Position numbers and translations under genes: made by a program. 40,000 nucleotides of DNA from Escherichia coli (lineage in GTDB: Bacteria > Pseudomonadota > Gammaproteobacteria > Enterobacterales > Enterobacteriaceae): assembly GCF_030012785.1 (NCBI RefSeq), contig NZ_CP122938.1. One strand, 5' to 3'. How positions within the stretch are numbered: the stretch's first letter is position 1; every line of letters begins with the position of its first letter. This document shows positions 1 to 11,272 of this stretch, piece after piece. The notes beneath the pieces are model-generated. The model had not been told where the DNA came from and searched no databases. It saw only the letters and a list, made by a program, of their open reading frames with translations.

Positions 1-1165
1 CATCGGAACCGGGCGCTAATAATCCTTTTTGCGGCCACAGGCCAAACAGCCTGGCGGGCATCGCGCTGGTTAATTCAACAAAACGTTCCGGTGTTATACG
101 TCCCGTCATTACGCCACTGGAAAACAGTAACTGCATGCGGTTTTCCACACCGGGTAAGCCATTTGGGCAGCGACTGAAATCGCCTTTAGAAATTTGCAGG
201 CGTTGAGCCATCGAGAACGTGCAGTGATCGGTCGCTACCACGTCAATCGCACTATCGCTGATGCCACACCACAGTTTGTCCTGCTCGCGTACGTTACGCA
301 GCGGTGGGCTAAGAATGAACTTCATGCCATCTTCTGTATCGTAACTGCGTTCGTCCAACAGGAGATATTGTGGGCAGGTTTCAACCCAGACTGGCTGGTG
401 ATTCGCACGGGCAAGACGCAGATAATCCAGACCTAAGCCGTTAGACAGGTGCACGATATAGAGCGGGGCGTTACCGGCAATTTGTGCCAGGTTAATCATG
501 CGGGCGATGGCTTCCGCTTCGCATTCCAGAGGGCGACTCAAGGCGTGATAGCGCGGCGCGGTTAACCCTGCGGCGATAAACTCCGCCCGCTTGCTGGCGA
601 TAGCTGCATCATTTTCCGGGTGCACGGTGGTCAGCGCGCCGGACTCATGCAAGCGGCGTAACGCCTGCAAAACCTCGTCATCGTTGAGTTTGTATTGATA
701 GGTTAAATAGAGTTTAAAACTGCTCAGTCCTTCTTCGACCATCATCGGGATTTCGTCGAGGATGGCGTGATTAATGTGCTGGATCACACCGTGAAAGCTG
801 TAGTCGATGACCGCCTTATGGGCGGCATAACCACGATAAACCTCCAGTTGATGGCGTAACCGGCAGCCATTCGGGCCAAATCCCATATGGTCAATAATGG
901 TTGTTGTACCGCCACACGCAGCTGCGCGGGTACCGGTAAAAAAATCATCACAACTGCGCGCGATGCCGACATCAATATTGAAATGCGTATGGACATCCAC
1001 GCCGCCAGGGAAAACGTAACAGCCAGTGGCATCAATTTCTTCATACGGGAGCTGCGGCGAAATATTGGTGCCCAACTGGCGAACAATCCCGCTTTCAATC
1101 AGCAAATCCTGTTTGGCTTGTCCATCTGCGTTAACGACAGTGCCGTTTTTGATCAATACGCGCAT
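1..1165 (-). CDS. hyuA: D-phenylhydantoinase-like amidohydrolase, C-terminus beyond window edge
   Basis: Minus-strand frame starting MRVLI at 1165 and running off the left edge; segments translate to ATDHCTFSMAQRLQISKGDFSRCPN and LFGLWPQKGLLAPGSD; absent from ORF track because it is incomplete. Confidence 0.9.
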   Translation of the reverse strand, partial: MRVLIKNGTVVNADGQAKQDLLIESGIVRQLGTNISPQLPYEEIDATGCYVFPGGVDVHTHFNIDVGIARSCDDFFTGTRAAACGGTTTIIDHMGFGPNGCRLRHQLEVYRGYAAHKAVIDYSFHGVIQHINHAILDEIPMMVEEGLSSFKLYLTYQYKLNDDEVLQALRRLHESGALTTVHPENDAAIASKRAEFIAAGLTAPRYHALSRPLECEAEAIARMINLAQIAGNAPLYIVHLSNGLGLDYLRLARANHQPVWVETCPQYLLLDERSYDTEDGMKFILSPPLRNVREQDKLWCGISDSAIDVVATDHCTFSMAQRLQISKGDFSRCPNGLPGVENRMQLLFSSGVMTGRITPERFVELTSAMPARLFGLWPQKGLLAPGSD

Positions 1166-1217
1166 AGCAAACTCCAAAAACCCTCCGGCGAACCGGAGGG
1201 GAATAAGTGAAGAGTAA

Positions 1218-2429
1218 TTATTCGGTTGCCAGCCAGCTTAACGGGATTGCCGCGTACATCGCGGCACAGGTCACCAGGTGAGATTTCCAGGTTTTTTCGT
1301 TAGGTGCATGCGCTTCAGGTTCTTTACCTGGGCCAAAGCCGATCACCGGAATGCCGTGACGGCCCATAATAGATACGCCGTTAGTTGAGAAGGTCCACTT
1401 ATCAACAACCGGCGCTTTGCCAAACAGACCTTCGTAGGCATTCACCAGTGCTTTAACGGTGAAGTGATCTTCTTCCACTTTCCAGGTCGGGAAGTAGCAT
1501 TCGGTTGGGTAAACCAGGCCAGTCCAGGACGGACGGTCGTAGTTGTACATAGAAACAACCGCGTTAGCTTTCTGTACTGCAGGCAGGGCGCGGATTTCGT
1601 CCAGCGCGCCTTCCCAGGTTTCGCCCCAGGTCAGACGGCGGTCAATAGAGACGGCGCAGCTATCTGCTACAGCGCAACGGCTTGGGGATGTGAAGAAGAT
1701 TTCAGAAACGGTGAGGGTGCCTTTGCCGAGGAATTCGTCATAACCCAGACGTTGGGAGAGTTCTTGTAATTCGCCAAGAATCGGACCCATTTTGAAAATG
1801 GCGTTGTCACCGCGTTCTGGTGCAGAACCGTGGCAGCTAACACCCTGAACATCAATACGAATTTCCATACGACCGCGCTGACCACGGTATACCTGGCAGT
1901 CGGTTGGTTCGGTACTGACCACAAATTCCGGGCGAATGCCGGATTGTTCAATAATGTACTGCCAGCACAGGCCGTCGCAGTCTTCTTCCTGCACAGTACC
2001 GGTAACCAGCAGGGTATATTCATCTTCCAGACCGAGGTCTTTAATGATTTTACCGGCATAAACCATAGATGCCATGCCGCCTTCCTGGTCGGAAGTACCG
2101 CGACCACCGATCAGCTCATCAGTTTCCATGCCTTCGTACGGATCGAAGTCCCAGTTTTTGATGTTGCCAATGCCGACGGTATCGATATGAGCGTCCATTG
2201 CCACCAGACGCGGGCCGTGGCCGATATAACCGAGAACGTTGCCCATCGGGTCGATTTCAACTTTATCGAAGCCGACTTTTTCCATCTCTTCTTTAATACG
2301 ATGTACTACGCGTTTTTCGTCGCAGCTTTCACTGGGAATAGCAACCATGTCGCGCAGGAAGCGAGTCATGTCCGCCTGGTAATCTTTTGCTTTTTCAAGA
2401 ATCAGTTTGAATGGAATATTCTTAGCCAT
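1218..2429 (-). CDS. ygeY: M20-family peptidase/deacetylase-like protein YgeY
   Basis: 403-aa ORF with M20 metallopeptidase motifs ([21 protein letters not shown]) and gene order. Confidence 0.95.
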
Positions 2430-2486
2430 TATTTTTCTCCAGATTTTTTACTCCCCGTTTTGCAGGGAGCAGTTCCAATAGGGTGA

Positions 2487-3683
2487 TTAAGGTGCTACAG
2501 CGTGTTTGCCTTCCCAGACAACTTCGCGGTAGTGCTTCACGTCGGTGTCGCCTTCAGTGCTGATAACCAGCACTACGGCATCTTTGTTCAGCGCCAGTTT
2601 TTCCATCAGGCTTTGACGTTGCGGGTGATAATGAACCGCTGCGAGAACGCCCAAACCGACAGCGCCGGATTCACCGGAGATGATGCGCGGGTCATTGCCG
2701 TACGGATTACCCAGCACACGCATACCTAATGCGGCAACGCTGTCCTGGCAGGAGATGAATTGGGTGGCGCAGTTACGTAGGATTTCCCAGCCCAGCGGGT
2801 TAGGTTCGCCGCAGGCCAGGCCCGCCATGATGGTGGCCATATCACCGCCAACGTTGACGATGTCGCCTTTGACGCCGGAGCGATAAATACAGTCAGCTTT
2901 GTCAGGTTCAACAATAATGCTGTGCAGATTTTGCGGGCTGTAGACGTCGACCAGATAACCCAGCACACCACCGGCCATTGCACCGACACCGGCTTGCAGC
3001 AGAACGTGCGTCGGGGTTACGCCCATTTCACGCATTTGCTCGACGGCTTCATCTGCCAGTGTTGCGTAGCCTTGCATGATCCAGGTTGGGATTTTGGTGT
3101 AACCTTCCCAGGCGGTATCTTGCACCACTTCCCAGCCGTGCTGCTGCGCGTGTTGCATGGTCAGGCGAACGGTATCGTCATAGTTCATATCCGTGACGAT
3201 GCACTCGGCACCGAGGTTCAGAATGGCGTCAACGCGTTCCTGAGCAGAACCTTTCGGCATGTAAATCACCGCATTCTGTCCGAGTTGCTGTGCTGCCCAC
3301 GCCACACCGCGCCCGTGGTTGCCGTCGGTGGTGGTCGCGAAAGTCATTTTTTCGCCGATGGCATTTTTCAGGTGCTCAAATGACAGCGTTTCGATATCAA
3401 GATGATATTTTTCACACAATAATTGAGCGATGGCGTACGCACCGCCGAGCATTTTGAAGGCGTTCAGACCGAATCGTTTTGATTCGTCTTTGACGAGAAT
3501 TTTCTTCACACCAAAAAGGTTTGCGAGATCGTCCAGCGCACAAAGCGGTGTTGGGCGATAACCAGCTATTTTCTGGTGGAACTGGCGCGCCAGTTTGGCC
3601 TGGCTTTGCGAAAAGAGCGGTGATGTTTCGCCGTTGAAAAATTTGTTATCGGCGATATCAATCTTCAATGAGAAAACGGACAT
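2487..3683 (-). CDS. ygeX: 2,3-diaminopropionate ammonia-lyase (PLP dependent)
   Basis: 398-aa ORF; PLP lysine motif KDESKRFGLNAFKMLGG; gene order. Confidence 0.95.
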   Translation of the reverse strand: MSVFSLKIDIADNKFFNGETSPLFSQSQAKLARQFHQKIAGYRPTPLCALDDLANLFGVKKILVKDESKRFGLNAFKMLGGAYAIAQLLCEKYHLDIETLSFEHLKNAIGEKMTFATTTDGNHGRGVAWAAQQLGQNAVIYMPKGSAQERVDAILNLGAECIVTDMNYDDTVRLTMQHAQQHGWEVVQDTAWEGYTKIPTWIMQGYATLADEAVEQMREMGVTPTHVLLQAGVGAMAGGVLGYLVDVYSPQNLHSIIVEPDKADCIYRSGVKGDIVNVGGDMATIMAGLACGEPNPLGWEILRNCATQFISCQDSVAALGMRVLGNPYGNDPRIISGESGAVGLGVLAAVHYHPQRQSLMEKLALNKDAVVLVISTEGDTDVKHYREVVWEGKHAVAP

Positions 3684-3740
3684 ATCCTATCCTTTTGGCC
3701 TCTGGAAATAGAGGGCCGACCAGCTGATCGGCCCGAGGGG

Positions 3741-4931
3741 TTATTTCACGCGTTCTTGCGCTTCTTTCAGCAGTTGCTCGAGCAGTGCACCTGGTTTGGC
3801 GTATTTACGGGACAGGATCATCGCGGCGATGATATAAGGCTTCCAGCTGGCTTCTTTGTAGGTTGCGATACGGTATTTTTCGAATACGCCTTCAGTCACT
3901 TCACCTTCTTTACAGGATACGCCGCTGATATCAGCTGGCAGGCAGTGCATGTACAGGGCTTCGCCATCACGGGTCAGTTCCATCATCTCTTCAGTACAAT
4001 GCCAGTCTTTGTGTTGCGCGTTCTGTGCCAGACACTGTTTTTCCAGTGCTTTTAAGCCTTCGTGGTCGTTCGCACGCAGCAATTCAGTACGCTCTTCCAT
4101 CACTTTGTAAGGTGCCCATGACTTCGGATAAACGATGTCTGCGTCTTTGAAGGCTTCTTCCATGCTGGTGACCTGACGGAAGCTACCACCGGATGCTTTA
4201 GCATTGTTTTTCGCCACTTCAACCACATCCGGGATCAGGTCGTAGCCTTCCGGATGGGCCAGGGTGACATCCATACCGAAGCGAGTCATCAGACCGATGA
4301 TGCCTTGTGGTACAGAGAGCGGTTTGCCATAGCTTGGGGAGTAGGCCCAGGTCATGGCGATTTTTTTACCTTTCAGGTTTTCCAGTGAACCAAAGTGTTC
4401 ACGTAACCATGCCAGGTCAGCCATTGACTGAGTCGGGTGGTCAATATCGCATTGCAGGTTCACTAAAGCCGGACGTTGCGGCAGTACACCATGCTTGTAA
4501 CCGTCATCAAGTGCAGCGCCAACTTCACGCATATAGGCGTTGCCTGCGCCCAGATACATATCGTCACGAATACCGATGGCATCGGCGCAGAAGGAGATCA
4601 TATTGGCGGTTTCACGCACGGTTTCGCCGTGAGCGATTTGTGATTTGCCTTCGTCGAGATCTTGCTGTGCAAGGCCGAGCAGGTTAAGCGCGGAAGCATA
4701 AGAGAAACGGGTACGGGTGGAGTTGTCGCGGAATACGGAAATACCTAATCCACTATTAAAGACTTTGGTTGAGATGTTTTCAGCACGCAGTGCTTTTAAT
4801 GCTGCGGCAACGTCCAGTACTTGTTTCAGTTCATCTGGCGTCTGTTCCCACGTTAACAAAAAATCTTTCTCGTGAAGGTGAGAGGTCAGCGAATTGATAT
4901 CCTTAATCAGCTCATTAACAGTTTTCATCAT
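3741..4931 (-). CDS. ygeW: Carbamoyltransferase-family protein YgeW
   Basis: 396-aa ORF with carbamoyltransferase motif STRTRFSY and gene order. Confidence 0.95.
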   Translation of the reverse strand: MMKTVNELIKDINSLTSHLHEKDFLLTWEQTPDELKQVLDVAAALKALRAENISTKVFNSGLGISVFRDNSTRTRFSYASALNLLGLAQQDLDEGKSQIAHGETVRETANMISFCADAIGIRDDMYLGAGNAYMREVGAALDDGYKHGVLPQRPALVNLQCDIDHPTQSMADLAWLREHFGSLENLKGKKIAMTWAYSPSYGKPLSVPQGIIGLMTRFGMDVTLAHPEGYDLIPDVVEVAKNNAKASGGSFRQVTSMEEAFKDADIVYPKSWAPYKVMEERTELLRANDHEGLKALEKQCLAQNAQHKDWHCTEEMMELTRDGEALYMHCLPADISGVSCKEGEVTEGVFEKYRIATYKEASWKPYIIAAMILSRKYAKPGALLEQLLKEAQERVK

Positions 4932-5022
4932 AAAGTCCCGGTAGTGGAATGACAGGCAAAGTGGTTTATTTCACTGTGACTTGCCAAAGTGATTGGTGTT
5001 TTCACAGCTATGCCTGGGACTA

Positions 5023-5037
5023 ACAATAAGTGTGCCA
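5023..5037 (-). promoter_or_regulatory. Putative sigma54 promoter of ygeW (TGGCAC-N5-TTGT)
   Basis: Minus strand reads TGGCACACTTATTGT about 90 bp upstream of ygeW; the divergent gene ygeV encodes a sigma54 activator. Confidence 0.6.
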
Positions 5038-5406
5038 GAATTATCCTCGGGGCTGCAAAAGACTAATTTGACGGATAATGTGTGGGGTTGATCACAAATT
5101 GATGCCAGCTTCCGGTTGTTTGTAAAATACGAAAACGTTTGGCTTTTTTTATCGCGTTATTTATTTGCTGCTAAGTATCAGAAATAAGATAAAGGGACAG
5201 GCGATCTCTCTTCAGTTTGATAAACTCACCGCCGTAATTCTCATATTGATATAGAAATGTGATATCTCTTCCATAATTTCATTAGAAAGTGATAAAAATC
5301 TTATGTTTTTATCAAAGCCAATTTCGCCTGAGTTAATATCATCATGATCTATGAACCATCAACGTCTTCAATGATCGACTTTTAAGTAAGTCTGGAAGGT
5401 AAAGCT

Positions 5407-7185
5407 ATGGAGCTTGCTACTACGCAGTCAGTATTGATGCAAATTCAACCGACAATTCAGCGTTTTGCCAGAATGCTTGCCAGCGTTTTGCAGCTTGAGG
5501 TTGAGATCGTTGATGAAAACTTGTGTCGCGTCGCCGGAACGGGCGCGTATGGGAAGTTTCTTGGTCGCCAGTTGAGCGGCAACTCACGCCTGCTCCGCCA
5601 CGTCCTGGAAACGAAAACTGAAAAAGTTGTGACACAGTCTCGCTTCGATCCCCTTTGTGAAGGTTGCGATAGTAAAGAAAATTGCCGCGAAAAAGCATTT
5701 CTGGGTACGCCTGTCATTTTACAGGATCGTTGTGTTGGGGTGATAAGTTTGATTGCCGTTACCCACGAGCAACAAGAGCATATCAGTGATAATTTACGCG
5801 AATTTTCTGATTATGTTCGCCATATATCCACCATTTTTGTTTCGAAACTTCTGGAGGATCAGGGGCCAGGAGATAACATCAGTAAAATATTCGCGACCAT
5901 GATCGATAATATGGATCAGGGCGTATTAGTTGTTGATGATGAAAGTCGGGTTCAGTTTGTTAATCAGACTGCCTTAAAAACACTTGGTGTTGTACAAAAT
6001 AATATTATTGGGAAACCTATCCGTTTCAGACCATTAACATTTGAGAGTAATTTTACCCATGGACATATGCAGCATATTGTTTCGTGGGACGATAAAAGTG
6101 AATTAATCATTGGTCAATTGCATAACATTCAGGGCCGACAATTATTTTTAATGGCGTTTCACCAATCGCATACCAGTTTTTCTGTAGCAAATGCACCTGA
6201 TGAACCGCATATTGAACAATTGGTTGGCGAGTGCCGTGTTATGCGGCAATTAAAACGACTCATTAGCCGTATTGCACCCAGCCCATCCAGCGTTATGGTG
6301 GTTGGTGAAAGCGGCACGGGTAAAGAAGTTGTCGCCCGTGCAATCCATAAGTTGAGCGGAAGACGGAATAAACCCTTTATTGCTATCAACTGTGCCGCGA
6401 TTCCGGAGCAGCTTCTGGAGAGCGAACTGTTCGGTTATGTTAAAGGCGCATTTACTGGCGCTTCTGCCAACGGTAAAACAGGGTTGATTCAGGCGGCGAA
6501 TACGGGCACGCTGTTTCTCGATGAAATAGGTGATATGCCATTAATGTTGCAGGCTAAATTACTGCGCGCTATTGAGGCGCGTGAAATTCTGCCGATTGGT
6601 GCCAGTAGCCCAATACAAGTCGACATTCGCATCATTTCTGCAACTAACCAGAATTTGGCACAGTTCATTGCCGAAGGTAAATTCCGCGAAGATCTCTTCT
6701 ACCGACTTAATGTTATCCCGATAACTCTGCCACCGCTGCGTGAACGTCAGGAAGATATTGAATTACTGGTGCATTACTTTTTACATCTGCATACCCGTCG
6801 GCTGGGATCGGTTTATCCTGGCATTGCTCCCGATGTCGTCGAAATATTGCGTAAGCATCGTTGGCCCGGAAACCTGCGCGAGTTAAGCAATTTGATGGAA
6901 TATCTGGTTAACGTTGTTCCTTCAGGTGAAGTTATCGACAGCACGCTATTGCCGCCAAATCTGCTGAATAATGGCACAACGGAGCAAAGTGATGTAACAG
7001 AGGTCACTGAGGCACACCTGTCACTCGATGATGCGGGCGGCACGGCGCTGGAGGAGATGGAAAAGCAAATGATCCGCGAGGCGCTTTCACGTCATAACAG
7101 CAAGAAGCAAGTTGCTGATGAACTGGGCATCGGCATTGCTACGCTCTATCGCAAGATTAAGAAATATGAGTTGTTAAACACATAA
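5407..7185 (+). CDS. ygeV: Sigma54-dependent transcriptional activator (GAF/PAS-AAA+-Fis HTH)
   Basis: 592-aa ORF with Walker A GESGTGKE, GAFTGA-type motif, C-terminal Fis-like HTH. Confidence 0.95.
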   Translation: MELATTQSVLMQIQPTIQRFARMLASVLQLEVEIVDENLCRVAGTGAYGKFLGRQLSGNSRLLRHVLETKTEKVVTQSRFDPLCEGCDSKENCREKAFLGTPVILQDRCVGVISLIAVTHEQQEHISDNLREFSDYVRHISTIFVSKLLEDQGPGDNISKIFATMIDNMDQGVLVVDDESRVQFVNQTALKTLGVVQNNIIGKPIRFRPLTFESNFTHGHMQHIVSWDDKSELIIGQLHNIQGRQLFLMAFHQSHTSFSVANAPDEPHIEQLVGECRVMRQLKRLISRIAPSPSSVMVVGESGTGKEVVARAIHKLSGRRNKPFIAINCAAIPEQLLESELFGYVKGAFTGASANGKTGLIQAANTGTLFLDEIGDMPLMLQAKLLRAIEAREILPIGASSPIQVDIRIISATNQNLAQFIAEGKFREDLFYRLNVIPITLPPLRERQEDIELLVHYFLHLHTRRLGSVYPGIAPDVVEILRKHRWPGNLRELSNLMEYLVNVVPSGEVIDSTLLPPNLLNNGTTEQSDVTEVTEAHLSLDDAGGTALEEMEKQMIREALSRHNSKKQVADELGIGIATLYRKIKKYELLNT

Positions 7186-7194
7186 CCTCAGTGA

Positions 7195-7218
7195 ATCCGG
7201 CCTGAATTCAGGCCGGAT
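7195..7218. terminator. Bidirectional terminator-like perfect palindrome between convergent ygeV and xdhC
   Basis: ATCCGGCCTGAATTCAGGCCGGAT, perfect 24-nt palindrome between convergent stops, followed by ATATCCTTTT. Confidence 0.7.
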
Positions 7219-7224
7219 ATCCTT

Positions 7225-7704
7225 TTACTTCGTTTTCTCGCAATCCAGAACTGTATTTACAATCATCTGATACCCCGTGCAGCGACAAAGATTTCCCGCC
7301 AGTCCGCGACGAATTTCCGTAATCGTTAATGGCTTCTCGCGTGGTTTCGCCAGCATTGCTGTGGTAGCCATAATCAGGCCAGGCGTACAAAACCCGCACT
7401 GCACCGCGCCGGATTTCGCATAAGCCTGCTGAACATGAGAAAGTTTTCCGCCTTTCGCTTCACCTTCCAGCGTGCGGATCTCTTTTCCTTCAGCCCAGGC
7501 GGCAAGGTATAAGCAACTGTCTATTGCTGTGCCGTCGACCAGCACCGTACAGGCACCACATTCACCCACGCAGCACCCTTGTTTGACACTTAGCAGTCCT
7601 TGTTCGCGGAGTAATTCCGAGAGCGGCGTGCCTGGTGCGGCGTGAAGCTGAAAAGGGAGCCCGTTAATGGCGCATTCGATGGTAATTGTTTCGCTGTGAT
7701 TCAT
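7225..7704 (-). CDS. xdhC: Xanthine dehydrogenase-family iron-sulfur subunit
   Basis: 159-aa ORF with two [2Fe-2S] motifs ([15 protein letters not shown]; CGFCTPG...CRCTGY). Confidence 0.95.
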   Translation of the reverse strand: MNHSETITIECAINGLPFQLHAAPGTPLSELLREQGLLSVKQGCCVGECGACTVLVDGTAIDSCLYLAAWAEGKEIRTLEGEAKGGKLSHVQQAYAKSGAVQCGFCTPGLIMATTAMLAKPREKPLTITEIRRGLAGNLCRCTGYQMIVNTVLDCEKTK

Positions 7705-8579
7705 TGCAATTTTCCCCCCGCCGCGGCGACGGCTTCGCTAATCACTTTTTTGGTCATCGTCTGGATGAGATGCAGACGAAACTCTTTACTGGCCCGCCAT
7801 GAAGAACGCGGGGCGACATCTTGCAGGACAGATTCGCTGATAGCTTCCAGCGTTTGCAGGTTTAATGGCGCATTTTGTGCAGTCTGTTCGGCATGTTGGC
7901 AGCGAATCGGCGTTGGCGCGGCAACACCAAATGCCAGACGTAATTCGCTGAAATTGCCGTTATCCAGTCGGCAATGTGCGGCGCAGCCAATCGTTGAAAT
8001 ATCCATTGCGTCGCGCATGGCATATTTAAAATGCGCGCTGCCCGCGTGTTCTTTCGGCTGGGGCGGAAAATGAAAGGCGACAAGGATTTCGTCATGCTCA
8101 AGAGACACTTTGCCCGGCCCAGTGTGAAAGCCATTAATCGGGACGAAACGAACACCGCGCGGGGAGTGAATCTCCAGTTTCGCGTCATAAATTAGCGTTG
8201 GCGTGGCAGAATCTGCGCTGGTAGCACCGTTGCAAATATTTCCACCGTAGGTAGCGACGTTACGGATCTGCGGTCCGGCAATGGATGAGGCCGCAGCACA
8301 TAACGCTGGGAGATGACGTTGAGTTACAGGATCTTCAATGAGCTGGGTAAATGTCGTTGCAGAGCCGATACGTAGTGAGCCATCTTCCGCCAGCGTAATT
8401 CCCCGCAGCTCCACCAGATTATGAATATCAACAATATGGCGATAACGGTCATTGTGATGGTGGAGCTGAATCAGTACGTCAGTGCCACCGGCGAGCAGTT
8501 TGGCCTGCGGGTTGTCAGCCAGCAGGTTGATGGCATCGGCAAGGGTTGCTGCGCGATGGTAAGAAGCAAAATCAAACAT
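7701..8579 (-). CDS. xdhB: Xanthine dehydrogenase-family FAD-binding subunit
   Basis: 292-aa ORF, FAD-binding motif [12 protein letters not shown]; overlaps the xdhC start. Confidence 0.95.
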   Translation of the reverse strand: MFDFASYHRAATLADAINLLADNPQAKLLAGGTDVLIQLHHHNDRYRHIVDIHNLVELRGITLAEDGSLRIGSATTFTQLIEDPVTQRHLPALCAAASSIAGPQIRNVATYGGNICNGATSADSATPTLIYDAKLEIHSPRGVRFVPINGFHTGPGKVSLEHDEILVAFHFPPQPKEHAGSAHFKYAMRDAMDISTIGCAAHCRLDNGNFSELRLAFGVAAPTPIRCQHAEQTAQNAPLNLQTLEAISESVLQDVAPRSSWRASKEFRLHLIQTMTKKVISEAVAAAGGKLQ

Positions 8580-8589
8580 GATGTTATCC

Positions 8590-10881
8590 TCAAATCAATC
8601 CTGCCAGATGGAACTCTTCATATAACCGTTTTGGCGTCAGCGGCAGTGTATTGATTGCAACACCGGTAGCCATCTTCACCGCGTTACGAATAGCAGCGGC
8701 AACAGGAATTATTGGTGGCTCACCCAGTGACTTATGTCCGTATGCGGATTGCGGCTCATTGATTTCGACGAACGCGCTTTCCAGTTGTGGCAGATCCGGC
8801 ATGGTCGGCATTTTGTAATCCAGCAGGTTGGGGTTACGGACCACGCCGCTTTTCGCATCAATGATCATCTCTTCAAATAGCGCCCAGCCAATGCCCATTC
8901 CGCCGTGTACCTGACCTTCTGCCAGTAGCGGATTAAGAATATGGCCCGAATCATGAACGTTGAGGATGCGGTTGATGGTGACTTTGCACAGCGCAATATC
9001 GATCGTCAGATCAACAAAGGTACAGCCAAACGCTGGTGGGTTAGTGGTGGTTTTGATGGAGCTTTCGGCAGAGAGCTGCCCGCCGCGTTCAGGGTGGTAG
9101 AAAGCGTCCATCGCCAAATCTTTTAACGACATTAACGGCTCTTCCGGTCGTTCAACCAGCACGATATGGCCTTTTATCAGGGTCAGATTCATCGCTGACT
9201 GATGTAGCATGACTGCGGCGTGAGCGATGATTTTCTCTTTTAATAACAGTGCCGCACTGCGCAGCGCAGGCGCGGCAACATAGCTCTGGCGTGAGGCAAA
9301 TGCGCCGGGATCGAACGGCGTAACATCGGTATCTTGTGTTGAAATAACGCGAACGTCGCTGACCGGAACCCCCACGGTTTCTGCCACCATTTGCGAGAAG
9401 ACGGTGTCGGCACCCTGACCGATTTCCGTCGCGCCGCTTTGCACGTTGATGGTTCCATCCTGATTCATCAGAAGGCGCGCGCCTGCTATTTCTACGCCGA
9501 CAGGCCAGGTGTTCGAGGTGTAGCTAAAACAGGCGACGCCAACGCCGCGGCGTAAATTGCCTTTCTGGTTCTGGCACTCTGCACGGCGTTTTTCCCATTC
9601 AAAGATTTTCCGGCCTTTTTCAAGACACTCCGGCAACCCTGCGCTGTAAATACGTTTGCCCGTGAGCGGATTAGCATCTCCTTCGCGGGCGGCGTTGCGT
9701 AAACGAATTTCAACAGGATCAATACCTAACGCTGTCGCGGCGTCATCAAGCATAGACTCAACGGCAAATACGACTTGTGGCGCGCCATAACCACGCATCG
9801 CACCAGCCGAGGGGAGGTTGGTATAGCAGGTCTTTGAACTGTAAGCGTAGGCACAACGAGGATAAAGGTAAGCGACTTTATTCCCCCCTGCAGAAGCGAT
9901 GGAGTGCCCGTGAGATGCATAAGCGCCGGTGTTAGACAGAACATCCAGACTATAACCTTTCAATGTTCCGTCGCGGTTCACGCCCATTTGCCCGTCAATA
10001 GTAAAAGCGTGGCGGGTACGGGTTGCGAGGAAACACTCTTCACGGCTAAGGGAAACTTTCACCGGAATGCCGCCAAGCTTGCTGGTCAGGAATGCTGCCA
10101 TTGGCTCTTCCAGTACATCCTGTTTATTACCAAAAACGCCACCGACAAACGGTTTGATGACTCGTACGCATGACCAGGGGATATCCAGCGCCTGACCAAC
10201 CACGCGGCGAACAATGTGCGGGATCTGGGTGCTGGAAACGATGGTAATTCGCGAGTCATCCTCCATCCATGCCAGCGATGTCACGCTTTCCATGTGACAA
10301 TGTTGAATGATCGGCGTCTGATAGTGCCCCTGTACCTGGTAGTCGGCGGCATCGATTGTTTGTTGGACATTGCCCGTCGTCATCGTGCTTTGTTTTAGTA
10401 AATTGCCGCCATTATGGATTGGTTCAGCGTCATCAGCCAGCGCCGCTTCTGGGGTGGTGATAACGGGTAATTCTTGCCACTCAATGCTGACCAATTGCGC
10501 CGCTTTTTCTGCCGTGAGTTCATCACGGGCCACGACGATGGCAACGGCGTCACCATGGTGACGAACATGGCGAGTTAGCAGTGCGCGATCGGCGGTATCG
10601 CGCTTGTTTTCGTCAAGTGTCCAGGCATGCCCAGCTGTAGCGAATGGGATATCAGGCACATCTTCCCAGGTAAAAATCGCCAGTACGCCCGGTAAACTTC
10701 TGGCTTGTTCATCATTAATACTTACGGCATAACCATGTGCGATAGGGCTACGTACATATTTCGCGTAACACATGCCCGCCATAACATAATCGTCAGTATA
10801 TCGTGCCCGCCCGGTGACCTTAGCAATGGCATCTACGCGCATGCATGATTCACCTGTAGCGGTTGCTTCCCGCGCTTCCAT
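8590..10881 (-). CDS. xdhA: Xanthine dehydrogenase-family molybdenum-binding subunit (translation probably starts at an internal Met)
   Basis: 763-aa ORF; MRVDAIAKVTGRARYTDDYV...; molybdopterin hydroxylase family. Carries GGVFGNK in the cofactor loop. Confidence 0.93.
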   Translation of the reverse strand: MEAREATATGESCMRVDAIAKVTGRARYTDDYVMAGMCYAKYVRSPIAHGYAVSINDEQARSLPGVLAIFTWEDVPDIPFATAGHAWTLDENKRDTADRALLTRHVRHHGDAVAIVVARDELTAEKAAQLVSIEWQELPVITTPEAALADDAEPIHNGGNLLKQSTMTTGNVQQTIDAADYQVQGHYQTPIIQHCHMESVTSLAWMEDDSRITIVSSTQIPHIVRRVVGQALDIPWSCVRVIKPFVGGVFGNKQDVLEEPMAAFLTSKLGGIPVKVSLSREECFLATRTRHAFTIDGQMGVNRDGTLKGYSLDVLSNTGAYASHGHSIASAGGNKVAYLYPRCAYAYSSKTCYTNLPSAGAMRGYGAPQVVFAVESMLDDAATALGIDPVEIRLRNAAREGDANPLTGKRIYSAGLPECLEKGRKIFEWEKRRAECQNQKGNLRRGVGVACFSYTSNTWPVGVEIAGARLLMNQDGTINVQSGATEIGQGADTVFSQMVAETVGVPVSDVRVISTQDTDVTPFDPGAFASRQSYVAAPALRSAALLLKEKIIAHAAVMLHQSAMNLTLIKGHIVLVERPEEPLMSLKDLAMDAFYHPERGGQLSAESSIKTTTNPPAFGCTFVDLTIDIALCKVTINRILNVHDSGHILNPLLAEGQVHGGMGIGWALFEEMIIDAKSGVVRNPNLLDYKMPTMPDLPQLESAFVEINEPQSAYGHKSLGEPPIIPVAAAIRNAVKMATGVAINTLPLTPKRLYEEFHLAGLI

Positions 10882-11272
10882 AGAAATCCCCTCGATTTGA
10901 ACATTTGGTTCTTATGGCAAAGATTTAGTCTAAGCAGGCAAGATTTACGCCAGAAACGACGATAAGCGTTAAGGGAGGAAGGAAGTGTGATGATGTTAAA
11001 AAAACACAGATATGATACGAAACAGGACCCTGAATAGGGGCAGTGATACGTATCAATATGAGTGGCGATAAAATCAATGTGATAAATTGGGATTATTACG
11101 CATCAGGATGGGAAATAGGGTAAATGAGTCAGGAAATTCGATACATCTACAGTGAATATTTTGCTGATGATACTTCCCTTTGCCAAATGAAATTAACCTC
11201 TTTCTCTATTACCGCGTTTTTCCAGAAGCAAGAGATTGGGTATCAAGAGGCTGGCTGCTATGATATGGCGTC

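Noticed and set aside
1830-2486. 218-aa plus-strand ORF antisense to ygeY
   Set aside because: Shadow frame of a well-supported gene; no recognisable domain.
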